Assembly (NCBI GenBank): GCA_001275005.1 | Contig: JWZX01003390.1 | Span: 1-53,780, forward strand | Direction of reading: 5' to 3' | DNA from: Chrysochromulina tobinii | Lineage: Eukaryota | DNA: 53,780 nt | Part shown: piece after piece, positions 1 to 10,393 of the stretch | Layout: each line of letters opens with the position of its first letter | How positions within the stretch are numbered: position 1 is the first letter of the stretch | Program-made: the position numbers and the translations under genes | The notes under the pieces: model-generated | What the model was told of the DNA's origin: nothing | Databases searched by the model: none | Seen by the model: the letters and a program-made list of their open reading frames with translations, nothing else

Positions 1-146
1 TAACAGGGCATTTAAGATACATTTGAGATACATCAGGATACATGAGGGATACATGTATCCTTCAGGATACACGCAGGATACATCACGATACATCAGGATA
101 CGTATCCTGATAACAAACCCCCCCAAACTCGATAACAAACCCCCCC
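1..146. mobile_element. Terminus of a repetitive element (MITE/DNA-transposon-like) with GATAC subrepeats, truncated by the window edge
   Basis: Repeated (G)GATAC motifs, palindromes GGATACATGTATCC and TCAGGATACGTATCCTGA, then two copies of GATAACAAACCCCCCC. 65..146 is the reverse complement of 53699..53780 with 2 mismatches. Confidence 0.65.
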
Positions 147-369
147 GCAGCCGCCAGGAGTGGGCGAAGGGGTATGTGGGTAGCAGCGCGGGAGCGCCGC
201 CGCCCACCCCTGGGACCTGTTCTGTTGTGTCAACCGTGTGGAGGTCATCCCCTCGTAGTGAGGAAGAGCTCAGTGAGCTACCCGAGTGTGTGTTGAGTGA
301 ACGCCTGGTACGGCGCGCGGAGCGCGGCGTGTCGCCCAAAACAAGACCGCGGCCGTGTGCGGCACCGCG

Positions 370-1821
370 ATGAAGCGCGCGAGAACGGAAGCCTGTGCCG
401 TGGCCACCGTGAGCGTGTTCTCCGGCTCACGCGAGGGCGAGAATGGCTTTGCAGACGGCGCAGCTGCGGATGCGCGCTTCAGAAGTCCTGCAGGCGTGGC
501 GATCGATGTCGAGGGTAATCTCATCTTGGCGGACAGCGACAACCACTGCATTCGCAAGGTGACGCCGGACGGCACGGTGCGCACGCTTGCCGGCTCACGC
601 GAGGGCGAGAAAGGCTTTGCAGACGGCGCAGCTGCGGATGCGCGCTTTTATTGGCCTGAAGGCGTGGCGATCGATGCCGAGGGTAATATCATCGTGGCCG
701 ACAGAAACAACTACTGCATTCGCAAGGTGACGCCGGATGGCACGGTGAGCACGCTCGCCGGCTCACGCGAGGGCGAGAATGGCTTTGCAGACGGCGCAGC
801 TGCGGGTGCGCGCTTTAATTGGCCTGCAGGCGTGGCGATCGATGCCGAGGGTAATCTCATCGTGGCCGACAGCGGGAACGACTGCATTCGCAAGGTGACG
901 CCGGATGGCACGGTGCGCACGCTCGCCGGCTCACGCGAGGGCGAGGATGGCTTTGCAGACGGCGCAGCTGCGGATGCACGCTTCCGTGGTCCTGAAGGCG
1001 TGGCGATCGATGCCGAGGGTAATATCATCGTGGCCGACAGCGGGAACCACTGCATTCGCAAGGTGACGCCGGATGGCACGGTGAGCACCCTCGCCGGCTC
1101 GCGCGAGGGCGAGGATGGCTTTGCAGACGGCGCAGCTGCGGATGCGCGCTTTGATGGCCCTTACAGCGTGGCGATCGATGCCGATGGCAGCGTGCTCGTG
1201 GCCGACAACGAAAACCACTGCATTCGCAAACTCACTAACTGTGGCCTCACAGGCCGCTGGTGCCCCACCATCGGCCCGCCAACAGTCCTGGAGGACATGC
1301 TACACATGCTAGCGGACGACGCGTTTGCGGACGTGACCTTCGAGGTGGAGGGCGCGCGCATCACCGCCCATCGTGCCGTGCTCGTCAGCCGATCCGCGTA
1401 CTTTCGAGGAATGTTCATGTCGCCCTGCCGTGAGACGCGCCCCGGTGCTGTCATCGTAGTTCATGGCACGACGAGCGCCGCGTTTCGCTCACTGCTCGCC
1501 TACCTGTATAGTGACTCGCTCGAGCTGGACGACGACGTCGTGATCGACGTCATGCAAAAGGCGCGCGAGTACCAGCTGACCCGAGCGTTCAACATGTGTG
1601 TGCGCTACTGCAGGCTGCACGTCCAGAGCACGACAGTGGTGCCATGGCTCGTGACAGCCGACACAGCGCGGCTCGATGAGCTGCGTGAGGCGATGCTGCA
1701 ACACCTGAGGCGCCACTTCCGGTCGATACGGGCCGAGGCACCGGAGGCCCTCGCCGCCCTGGTACGTGCGTCGCCCGACCTTGTGCTCGAGGTGATGAAC
1801 AGGCTGTCCGACCGGCTGTGA
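370..1821 (+). CDS. NHL-repeat beta-propeller plus BTB/POZ domain protein (probable Cullin3 adaptor)
   Basis: Five 56-aa NHL repeats (ARFxxPxGVAIDxEGNxIVADxxNxCIRKVT), then BTB motif FADVTFEVEGARITAHRAVLVSRSAYFRGMF. First ATG at 370. Confidence 0.92.
   Translation: MKRARTEACAVATVSVFSGSREGENGFADGAAADARFRSPAGVAIDVEGNLILADSDNHCIRKVTPDGTVRTLAGSREGEKGFADGAAADARFYWPEGVAIDAEGNIIVADRNNYCIRKVTPDGTVSTLAGSREGENGFADGAAAGARFNWPAGVAIDAEGNLIVADSGNDCIRKVTPDGTVRTLAGSREGEDGFADGAAADARFRGPEGVAIDAEGNIIVADSGNHCIRKVTPDGTVSTLAGSREGEDGFADGAAADARFDGPYSVAIDADGSVLVADNENHCIRKLTNCGLTGRWCPTIGPPTVLEDMLHMLADDAFADVTFEVEGARITAHRAVLVSRSAYFRGMFMSPCRETRPGAVIVVHGTTSAAFRSLLAYLYSDSLELDDDVVIDVMQKAREYQLTRAFNMCVRYCRLHVQSTTVVPWLVTADTARLDELREAMLQHLRRHFRSIRAEAPEALAALVRASPDLVLEVMNRLSDRL
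424..1233 (+). repeat. Coding tandem repeat, 168-bp unit, about 5 copies (NHL blades)
   Basis: Units begin GGCTC at 424, 592, 760, 928 and 1096 and are nearly identical at DNA level. Confidence 0.95.
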
Positions 1822-2982
1822 ACCGGCTGTAAATGTCATCTCCGGACGTCACACCGAAGAAAAGGGATGTGGATGGCCCGAAGCGTGCGACCGCACCCGG
1901 CCACCTCGGGGCCGGCACGAGCCATTTCTTGCCTGGGGTCTGAGGCCGGCGAGGGGCTGACCGTGGGTGGTGGCCGAGGCGTGCGACACGTCCGACGCGC
2001 GTCGTCGAGCCGACAGCGACTTCGACTTCCGGAGATACCGCGTCCGAGATTGTGGACGATTCCTATCTGAGATTGGAGATAGGTGTTTGTAGTCTGTAGT
2101 GTCATGTGCGAATCTGGCCCCACGGTGCACAGCAACGGACAAACGAACCGAGCGACCGAGAAGCGAGAACACGCGATCGGATTTTCAGAAGTGAATGTTA
2201 CAAGAAGGAACGAGCCTTTTGCCTCGTCTCCCCGCCGCCTGGGCGCTGCCCAAACGCCAAACCGAACGAACTCACCTTTGGGTCAACGCGTCGCGCTCGC
2301 GGACGGTGAACGGTGTTTTTACTTTGCACGGAATAGTACACGGTGTCAGAGCTCGGACTCGCGATTGCATGAGCCATGACGTCAGGACCCGGAATTGAGT
2401 CGAGTGTGTATAGACCCGACCCCCGCGGCAGCCCGGCGCACGGTCTCCACCCGTCACATGGATCGGATCGATGGCTCGGCTTCAGTGTGGCTCCATGCAA
2501 CGCGACGCCGCTCGTTGCACGGCCGGGGCGCCCGCCGACTCCACACAGGTCCCTTGCTCTCTTCTCCCCGCGGCCCGCCCGCCCCGCCCCACCCCTTGCT
2601 TTCAGCCACACTCGACACGCCGCACGCGCGCCATCGCGTTCGGCATCGCCACCGCAGGCCCTCTCTCTGCCCCCCGCGCCTATGATCGGATCGAAATACT
2701 GCTCACTGGCTACTCACTGGCCCCTCACGTGCGATCATTGAGCTATCATTGAGCCAGCCTGCGCATGGCGAATTCCACAGGATCGTCGACTCTGGGCCTC
2801 GATCTTGGCCACCCGCACCTCCACCAGTGCTAACCAGTGCTCCCCCGCTTCGGCACGCTCCCGATTGTCCGAAAAGGCAGCGGTCGCCGCTGTCCTCGAC
2901 GTAGAAGACACGTAGAGGAGTACGCGTGGGCTGAGAGCTTGCACTTTTCCATAGAGGGCATCAAGTCATTGTCAGCCATCTT

Positions 2983-4512
2983 TCAAGGCGTCTTGGGCGG
3001 CTTCGGCTCAACGTCCCCATTGTTGTGCTGGCCCGCCGGCTTGGGCGAGCCCGGGGGCGAGACGAGGCTGCCTGCGGCCTTGACACCATCGCCCACCTTA
3101 TCGCCGACGGCCTTGGCGCCGTTGACCACGCTGTCGCCGACCACCTTGACGCCGTCGCCAACGAGATTGCAGATCGGAGTGACAATCTTCTCATCAATGA
3201 AGGTCGCTCCATTGTTTGCGCCGTCCACGACGGCGGTGCCGACGTAGACTGCGCCGTTGATCGTCGCGGTGCCGACGGCCTTCGCACCGTCGAGAGTTGC
3301 GGTGCCGACGTAGGCGGCGCCGTCCCCAGTCGCCTTGACCCCTCCGACTGTGGCAGCGATGCTAGCATCGACGGCGCCGCCAATAGCGCCGTCGGATTGC
3401 TTAGGCCCGGCGCGCATGATGACCTTGAACTCGTCGATGCTCATCTTGCCGTCCTTGTTCGTGTCCGCCGCTGCGATCATCTCGCCGATCTTCTGATCGT
3501 CCAGGCCATCCGGGTACCCCTTGGAGTACAGGCTCAGAATGTACGCCTTCATCTCGGCGGTGTTGATCTTGCCGTCCTCGTCCGTGTCCACCTTGGCGAA
3601 GGCTGCCTCAAGCCCTTCGTCCGACTTGTCAATGTTCTCGCCAAACACAGCCTGGAGGCCCGCGGTCACGCCGGTCGCATTTGACGCATGGCGAACGAAC
3701 TTGCCCGTGGCCTTCACCCCATCGCCAATGGCCTTGGCGGCTGGAACCACGATCTTCTCATCGATGAAAGTCGCACCGTTCTCGAGTCCAGTGGCCACTG
3801 CCTTGGCCCCGTCAACGACGGCCGAGCTGACGGCGCTCACGCCGGCCTTCGCACCGTCGAAGGTTGCAGTGCCAACAACTGCAGCGCCGTCTCCGACGGC
3901 CTTCACACCGCCCACAGTGGCACCGACACCAGCATCGACAGCGCCGCCGATGGCCCCGTCCGACTTTTTGGGTCCGGCGCGCATGATGACCTTGAACTCG
4001 GACAGGTCGATCTCGCCGTCGCCATCCGTGTCCGCCGCCGCCATCATCTCGTCGATCACCTGATCCTCGAGGCCCTTCGGGTACATGCTCAGGATGTACG
4101 CCTTCATCTCGGCGGCCGAAAGCTTGCCACTCTTGTCCGTGTCCACTTTTTCAAATGCCGCCTCCAAACCCGCGTCCGACTTGTCGATGCCCTCGCCGAA
4201 TACAGCCTGGAAACCAGCTGCCACGCCAAGCGTCTTGAACGTCACATCGAGCCCCGTGCCGATGGCCTTGCCGGTCGGAGCGACGATCTTTTGGTCGACA
4301 AAGGTGGCCCCGTTCTCCAATCCAGTGCCGACAGCCTTGGTACCATCGACCACGGCAGTGCCAACAACCTTGGCACCGCCGACGGTTGCGGCCAGGATCT
4401 TCTCGCTGGCCTGCTTCATGATACCCTTGGGCGGCTCGGGCGGCGGCTCCGGCGCGGCCGGCGCGGGGGGCGGCGGCTCCGGGGCCTGTGGCTTCGCGTT
4501 CTTGGCTCCCAT
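2983..4512 (-). CDS. EF-hand calcium-binding protein with an internal duplication and probable N-myristoylation
   Basis: Four EF loops (DTDKSGKLSAAE, DTDGDGEIDLSE, DTDEDGKINTAE, DTNKDGKMSIDE), MGAKNAK start, Pro-rich linker, G/A/V/T-rich repeats. Confidence 0.9.
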   Translation of the reverse strand: MGAKNAKPQAPEPPPPAPAAPEPPPEPPKGIMKQASEKILAATVGGAKVVGTAVVDGTKAVGTGLENGATFVDQKIVAPTGKAIGTGLDVTFKTLGVAAGFQAVFGEGIDKSDAGLEAAFEKVDTDKSGKLSAAEMKAYILSMYPKGLEDQVIDEMMAAADTDGDGEIDLSEFKVIMRAGPKKSDGAIGGAVDAGVGATVGGVKAVGDGAAVVGTATFDGAKAGVSAVSSAVVDGAKAVATGLENGATFIDEKIVVPAAKAIGDGVKATGKFVRHASNATGVTAGLQAVFGENIDKSDEGLEAAFAKVDTDEDGKINTAEMKAYILSLYSKGYPDGLDDQKIGEMIAAADTNKDGKMSIDEFKVIMRAGPKQSDGAIGGAVDASIAATVGGVKATGDGAAYVGTATLDGAKAVGTATINGAVYVGTAVVDGANNGATFIDEKIVTPICNLVGDGVKVVGDSVVNGAKAVGDKVGDGVKAAGSLVSPPGSPKPAGQHNNGDVEPKPPKTP

Positions 4513-4934
4513 TGTGCGATGGTGTGTGTGGAGAAGGTTTGTTTCGACATAGGATTCCTATTCGCCGATCTAAGATAGGCGTCTGAACGGATGGACTTAT
4601 CACTTTCGACTGATTGCATGCAATGAGCTACAAGTTACGACTAAGGTATGAATTGCGAAACAATAGAGATTTTTCTTGTGGTCACGAGTGGTGTACTCAA
4701 TCTCGGTCGGGGTTCGGTTCTTGGCGCCCTCGGTCGCTGCGAACAGTCTCGTCCGGCGTGAGCGGGGCTGCGGTCCTTGGACTTCGCCTCTAGGAATTAC
4801 TGGTCTCTCTTCTAACATGTATGTACTTCCGTAGCCCAGTTGATAAAGGATGTTACCGGTAATAAAGGTCGTTGAGGAATGCCTCACTGAATTGGAAACG
4901 TGCGGGTCCATTGCCACGTCATACTGGTCTACCG

Positions 4935-7210
4935 ATGGAGGCCCGACTGGCCCGACTGGCCCGACTGGCCCTCATTCTCTCCGGTTTGCGAGTGTTGGCT
5001 GCATTAGGCGCCATCGACGGCTGCATTAGCTGGCGCCAGACTGGCGGCTGCGACCCAGACGGCGTGCGCGAGCCGGCCGCAGACAAGGCGTGCGACCTCA
5101 TCATAGACTCGGGTGCGAGTGGCTACTGTGAGTGTGCCAATGGCGTGCGGGTGAGCCGCGTCGCGTGCATCCACCCGCCGTTTGCGTGCAAAGTCGAATG
5201 TCGGCTACACTCAGCCGCGCCGCGTACCAGCGAGCCGACGTGCTCCGCAGACGGCACTTGCGACCCGCCGCCCGTAGGCGCGATACCACCACCACGCACC
5301 GCCGCCTCCACCGCCGCCTCCACCGCCGCCTCCACCGCCGCCATCGAAAGCACGCCCTCGCCGCCGCGCGACCAGCGATACTCGTGCCTCGGCTGGCGCC
5401 AGACGCACGGGTGCGATCCCGACGGGCTGCGTGACGAGCACGCAGACCGCGCGTGCTCAGACATGGTGCCCGCGGGCGCGTCGGGCTATTGCGAGTGCGC
5501 CGGCGCGCTCGATGGCCGACGGCGGCGCGTGCGGCTCTCCGGCTGTGACCACGCGCCCTTTGAGTGCGAGAGCGAGTGCGCGCGCGCCGCGCACTACGAC
5601 TGTGACGGCTGGCACCAGACCGGCAACTGCAGCTCCGACGGTCCGAGAGAACCGGAGCTCGATCGAGATTGCGACGCCGAGGTGTCCGCGTCCGTGTCCG
5701 GGTACTGCTCGTGTCACGGCGGCGCACGGCGCGTGGCGCGGCCGGCGGGCTGCGCGTCGGACTGGGCGCTCATCCCGAGCGATCTGCGCTGCCGCTTCGT
5801 GTGCGCACGCGGCGAGGGCTTGTACGAGGTGGGCCCCTCTGCTTTTCCTCTGCTTAACCTCTGCGTGACGCTGAGTGGCCTCCCTCATTGCATGCAGGTG
5901 CTCGGGCTGCCCGAGGAGGGCGGCGATGGCGGCGTGAATGAGCAGGCCATCAAGCAGAGCTTCCGGCGCTTGTCCCTCAAGCTGCATCCGGACAAGCAGC
6001 GAACCGCTGAGCAGCGAGAGTTCGCAGCGCGTCGTTTCGCGGAGGTGCGCGCTGCGTACGACGTGCTCGCGGCGCCGGACGCGCGCATCTTGTACGATAT
6101 GCATGGGTACCAAGCGGCGAGCGAGGCGACTCAGAAGCAGCGGGGCGACGACGGGAGCGTGGAGATGAGCGTGAGCTTGGCGGAGGTGTGAATGAGAACA
6201 CCAGAGTGGTGTGAATGAGAACACCAGAATAGACTTCTGAGTGCCTCTGCTTTGCCGCACGGAGTGCCTCGCAGCGTGCCCGTGAGTGCCTCCCTGTTCA
6301 CCTTTCCACAGCGTGCCTCACCTCCCTTTCCACAGTCGCTCCCTTTCCTCAGCGTTTCCTTTCCACAGCGTTCCCTTTCCACAGTCGCTCCCTTTCCTCA
6401 GCGTTCCCTTTCCACAGCGTTCCCTTTCCACAGCGTTCCCTTTCCACAGCGTTCCCTTTCCACAGCGTTCCCGTGAGTGCGTCCCTCCTCGGGTGTACAC
6501 GCTGATTGCCTTCCTCATCAGGTGTGCATGCTGATTGCCTCCCTCTTCAGGTGTACACGGGCGTGCACAAGTCACTCACCATCACGCGACGTGTCGTGTG
6601 CAAGGGCTGTGGAAAGGGTGCGACTCCGTCCGCGCGCTCGTCACGGCGCTGCGCGCGCTGCGGCGAGTGCCCCGCCGAGATCCGGCCGGTGAACGTGCAG
6701 CTCGCGCCTGGATTCGTCATCCAGCAGCAGCAGGAGGTGCCCAGTGACGAGCGGTGCGAGCAGCGCCAGCGCCAGCTCGAGGTGCGCGTGCTGCGCGGCA
6801 TGGCCGACGGAGACGTGCTCACCTTTAGTCGCGCGAGCGAGCAGCGGCCGGGCATGATCCCGGGAGACGTGAAGCTTAAGCTCAAGGTGATCTCCGACCC
6901 GAGATTCAAGCGGGTGGGCCAGGCGCTGCACACGAGCATGCACCTGACGCTGCGGCAGGCCCTGCTAGGCTTTAATTCGACCCTCTCGCACCTCGATGGG
7001 CATGTAGTCGCGCTGTCGCGGCACGGGGTGAGCCAGCCGGGCGAAGTGCTCAAGGTCGAAGGCGAGGGGATGCCCGAACGAGAGCGCGAGGACGAGGGCG
7101 AGGCCAACGGCGCCGCCGGCGCACTGCACGTCAAGATTTTCGTCGATTTCCCACACGAGCTCGACGAGCCCACGAGAGAGTGGGCAAGTAGGGCGCTGCC
7201 CGCGCCGTAG
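4935..7210 (+). CDS. DnaJ/Hsp40 (DNAJB11/ERdj3-like) with three N-terminal Cys-rich repeats; exons 4935..5828, 5898..6185, 6551..7210
   Basis: Hydrophobic leader, J domain LYE|VLG...KLHPDK...AYDVL restored by GT-AG introns 5829..5897 and 6186..6550, and DnaJ C-terminal domain (PGDVKLKL, LTLRQALLGF, GEGMP). Confidence 0.88.
6303..6472 (+). repeat. Intronic minisatellite, about 16-bp unit TTTCCACAGCGTTCCC
   Basis: Degenerate tandem copies inside DnaJ intron 2. Confidence 0.85.
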
Positions 7211-7429
7211 AGCTTCAAATTTGCCCCACGTTTATACTATGTAGAGCCAAAAACGAGGTGTTGAGCTTGCTCCGATCCTCCGATTGTGTTCACAATGTAT
7301 ACATGGAAACATTGGCTGTGAAACTGTGAATGTGAACCTCAACTCACCGTTGCTCGCTTGGCCCCCAGCGCGCGCTTCAAGGGCAGCCACTTGCGCATCG
7401 AAGGCAGCCACTTGCGCTCGTCCGCCGCG

Positions 7430-9105
7430 ATGGCACAGGTCCGGCGGTATGAGGCGAAGCTGGCGACACAGAGGATCAAGGATAATTTCACGCTCGAGCT
7501 CGAGAAGACGATCCAGACCGACCGGATGCTCGGCGAGAACTTCCGTTCCGATGGCCGTGTGGTCCAGACACGGATCACAAACGAGCAGAAGGCGGCGCAG
7601 CAGAACATGTATGCGACGCAGCAGCTGATGTCGGCGTCGATCGCGCAGCAGCGAGAGGCGGTGTTGCGCGAGCAGGACGAGCGGCTCGCCGCCGAGATCG
7701 CGCGCCGCAAGACACAGGCTGTGCGCGAGGCGAAGAACGTGCAGCGCATCTGCGAGCAGTCGGAGGAACTGCGGGCGCTGGAGGAGAAGCTGAAGGCGGC
7801 GTACATGAACAAGGAGCGCGAGTGCCAGATCAAGGAGTCGGCGCACCTGATCGCCAAGCAGGCCGAGTCGGAGTCCATTATGGCCCAGACGATGGAGGCG
7901 GACCGGCAGCGCGGGCTGCAGGCGGAGGCGTACCGCGAATACCTGCGCCAGCAGGATGGGCGCGCGATGCGAGCGGAGTTGGACAAGCAGGTGCAGGAGA
8001 AGATGACGCTCAAGGCCGAGGCCTACCAGCAGTTCCTCAAGGAGAAGGAGATGGTGGACAAGGTCGTTGAGGCGATCATCGAGGAGGACCGGAGAGAGAC
8101 AGAGGCGCGCCACGCGAAGGAGAAGGAGATCAAGTCGTACATCGACGCGTTCATCGTGCAGCAGGAGGAATACAAGCACAAGCGCCGGGTCGAGATCGAG
8201 GAGGAGAATGCCAAGATCCGCGCCTACGCCGAGCACGTCATGGCGCGCGAGCAGGCCATGCGACTCGAGCGCGAGAAGGATCAGAACGCCAAAGACGCCG
8301 CGCTCGAGAAGATTTCGGGCGACATGGCGGCGCGGTGCGCGAGCCCGCCCCAGCCGAGAACTCCGCCCCCCCCTCGACCCGCCACCCCCTTGGCTGCCGC
8401 CCCCCTCCCCCCCCACCCCCGCACCCCCACACGCGTCCACACGCGGAGCCTCCCAACCTCAATCAACCTCGAGCAACCTCGAGCAACCTCGATCCCAACC
8501 TCGAGCCTTCCGTCGTCGCGCGTCGCGCCGCCAGCCCCTCTCGTCGTCGCTCACGCCCCCCCCCCCTCTCCCCCGCTCGCAGCCAACGCGAGAAGGACGA
8601 GATGGACAATCTGCGCAACGAGCTCGTCATCCAGGAGACCGAGGAGAAGATCCTTCAAAAGGAGAAGGAGAAGATGGCGCGCGCGGTGCAGCAGCGCATG
8701 GACATTGCGCTCGCGAACGAGTACCAGCGGCAGCTCAAGGCGATCCGGCGCGAGGAGGAGAAGCAAGAGGAGGAGGGCTTCAGGGTGGCGATGCTCGCCA
8801 AGTTCGCCGAGGACGACCGGCTCGACCAGATGAACGCGCAGAAGCGCCGCATGAAGCAGCTCGAGCACCGGAAGGCCATCGAGCAGCTCCTCGAGCTGCG
8901 CCGCGCCAAGTACGAGCAAGAGCGGGGGGCCGAGCTGCAGGAGCAGCTCAACGCGGAGCGCGTCGAGCAGGTCCGGCAGCAGATTATCGAGGAGGAGCGC
9001 AAGCGCATGCTCGCCGCGCACGCGAAAAACCTCGGGCTGCAGCACCTGCCAAAGGGTATCCTCTCCAGCGAAGCCGACTTGGCGCTGTTCGCCGCGCCCA
9101 AGTGA
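7430..9105 (+). CDS. MNS1: Meiosis-specific nuclear structural protein 1 (axonemal coiled-coil); exons 7430..8334, 8583..9105
   Basis: Motifs ELRALEEKLKAAYMNKER, AKFAEDDRLDQMNAQKRRMKQLEH, IIEEERKRML and LPKG. GT-AG intron 8335..8582 joins the two ORFs in frame. Confidence 0.88.
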
Positions 9106-9813
9106 GGAGCGAAGGCGACGTGGCGGCAGGAAAAGGCGCGCGGGAGGAGGAGCCACGCACGCGGACGACGCACGTCCGCAGGTGGAGGCAGATTCGGCAG
9201 CAGAGGGGGGAAGGCGGGGGGGTGTCGCGTCCCGGGGACGGTACTTTTTGTGCGTGTGACCGCACCGCGCCGTGCTATGTGTGCCGGCGGGCGCGGGAGG
9301 TGTCCTGTGCACGGCCGTACCGCCAAGCGAATGGCCTCTGCAACGGCGGAAGCTGCAGCTCATATACGTTATAAGGAAACTACGCGATTCACGCCGCCCA
9401 CGCGCGTGGGCGTCTTCGCGTCTATGGCGGACGACTGGGGTCTCGGCGGTCTGGGCGCCGAGAACCGGAGTCGGTTCCACGCAGGTTATTAGCTGGTTAA
9501 CCAGTGGGTGTAACTGGCACTGGGCGTGCTGGGCCCCACGGTCGCGCACAGCGAAGCAGCGGGCCAGGGCCCTGGCGTGGGCCGGAGTCTCAGTCTGGGG
9601 GCGTATTCCGGTCTCGGTGCGCGGCCCCCGCGCCCCTCCCGGTCGTTCCGCCGCCCGGTCCCCGCTCCCCCGGTCCGCACGCGACGCCGTTTCGGCTTTC
9701 GCGACCGGGCGGTTCGGGCGGCGTGCGCCGCACAGCTTTCGTTTCACACCGCACGGCGCGCGGCGGAACGGCGAGCTCGGTCCTATGTGAGCTACCGCAA
9801 TGCCTATGTGAGC

Positions 9814-10141
9814 CTACCGCGGCTCGTCGTCGGCATAGTTCCCCGACATCGAGAGCATCGCCTTCTCGCGCTCTCGGATCTTTTGAATGGCTCGCCCCTC
9901 GTGAGTGCCATGGCGGAGCGGGTCGAACGAGTCGAACGACGACGCAGCCTCAGCCATTTTGGGAGGCTGACCCGCCCGAAAATCAAGCTTGTGCGAGAGC
10001 CCTCGCGAGTTGAATGCAGCGAGCTTGGCCAGGGTGGCCTTCTCGCGCTGCTTGCGGTCGAGGCCGACGCTCTCGCGCTTCTTTTGGAGGAAGCGCGCAC
10101 GCTGCTTCTCAAGCTCGCTCATCCGGGCGCCCCCCTCCCCC

Positions 10142-10176
<35 letters not shown>

Positions 10177-10349
10177 AGCATCACCTCCACTCTTCCCGCG
10201 CCATTTCCACCCACTACCAGCGCCGCCAGCATCGCCGCCGCCGCCGCCGGCTGCGCGCCTCGTAGACTCAGCAGCGGCCTCGGCAAGCTCGTGCCGACGC
10301 TCGGCCCCCATCTCTGCCTTAAGCCGATCGTATTCGGAAAGCCCCGCAT

Positions 10350-10393
<44 letters not shown>

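Noticed and set aside
107..146. C-rich 5' end and G-rich 3' end as telomeres
   Set aside because: There are only two irregular units and they lie internal to the GATAC array, not as terminal tandem telomeric repeats.
23..373. 116-aa ORF
   Set aside because: It translates the terminal repeat and spacer and has no protein-like features.
1822..2980. Several short ORFs and possible splice sites
   Set aside because: No coherent gene model or recognisable domain could be built.
6303..6472. CRISPR-like array (also 51158..51307)
   Set aside because: Contiguous tandem repeats without unique spacers, no cas genes, and an intronic eukaryotic context.
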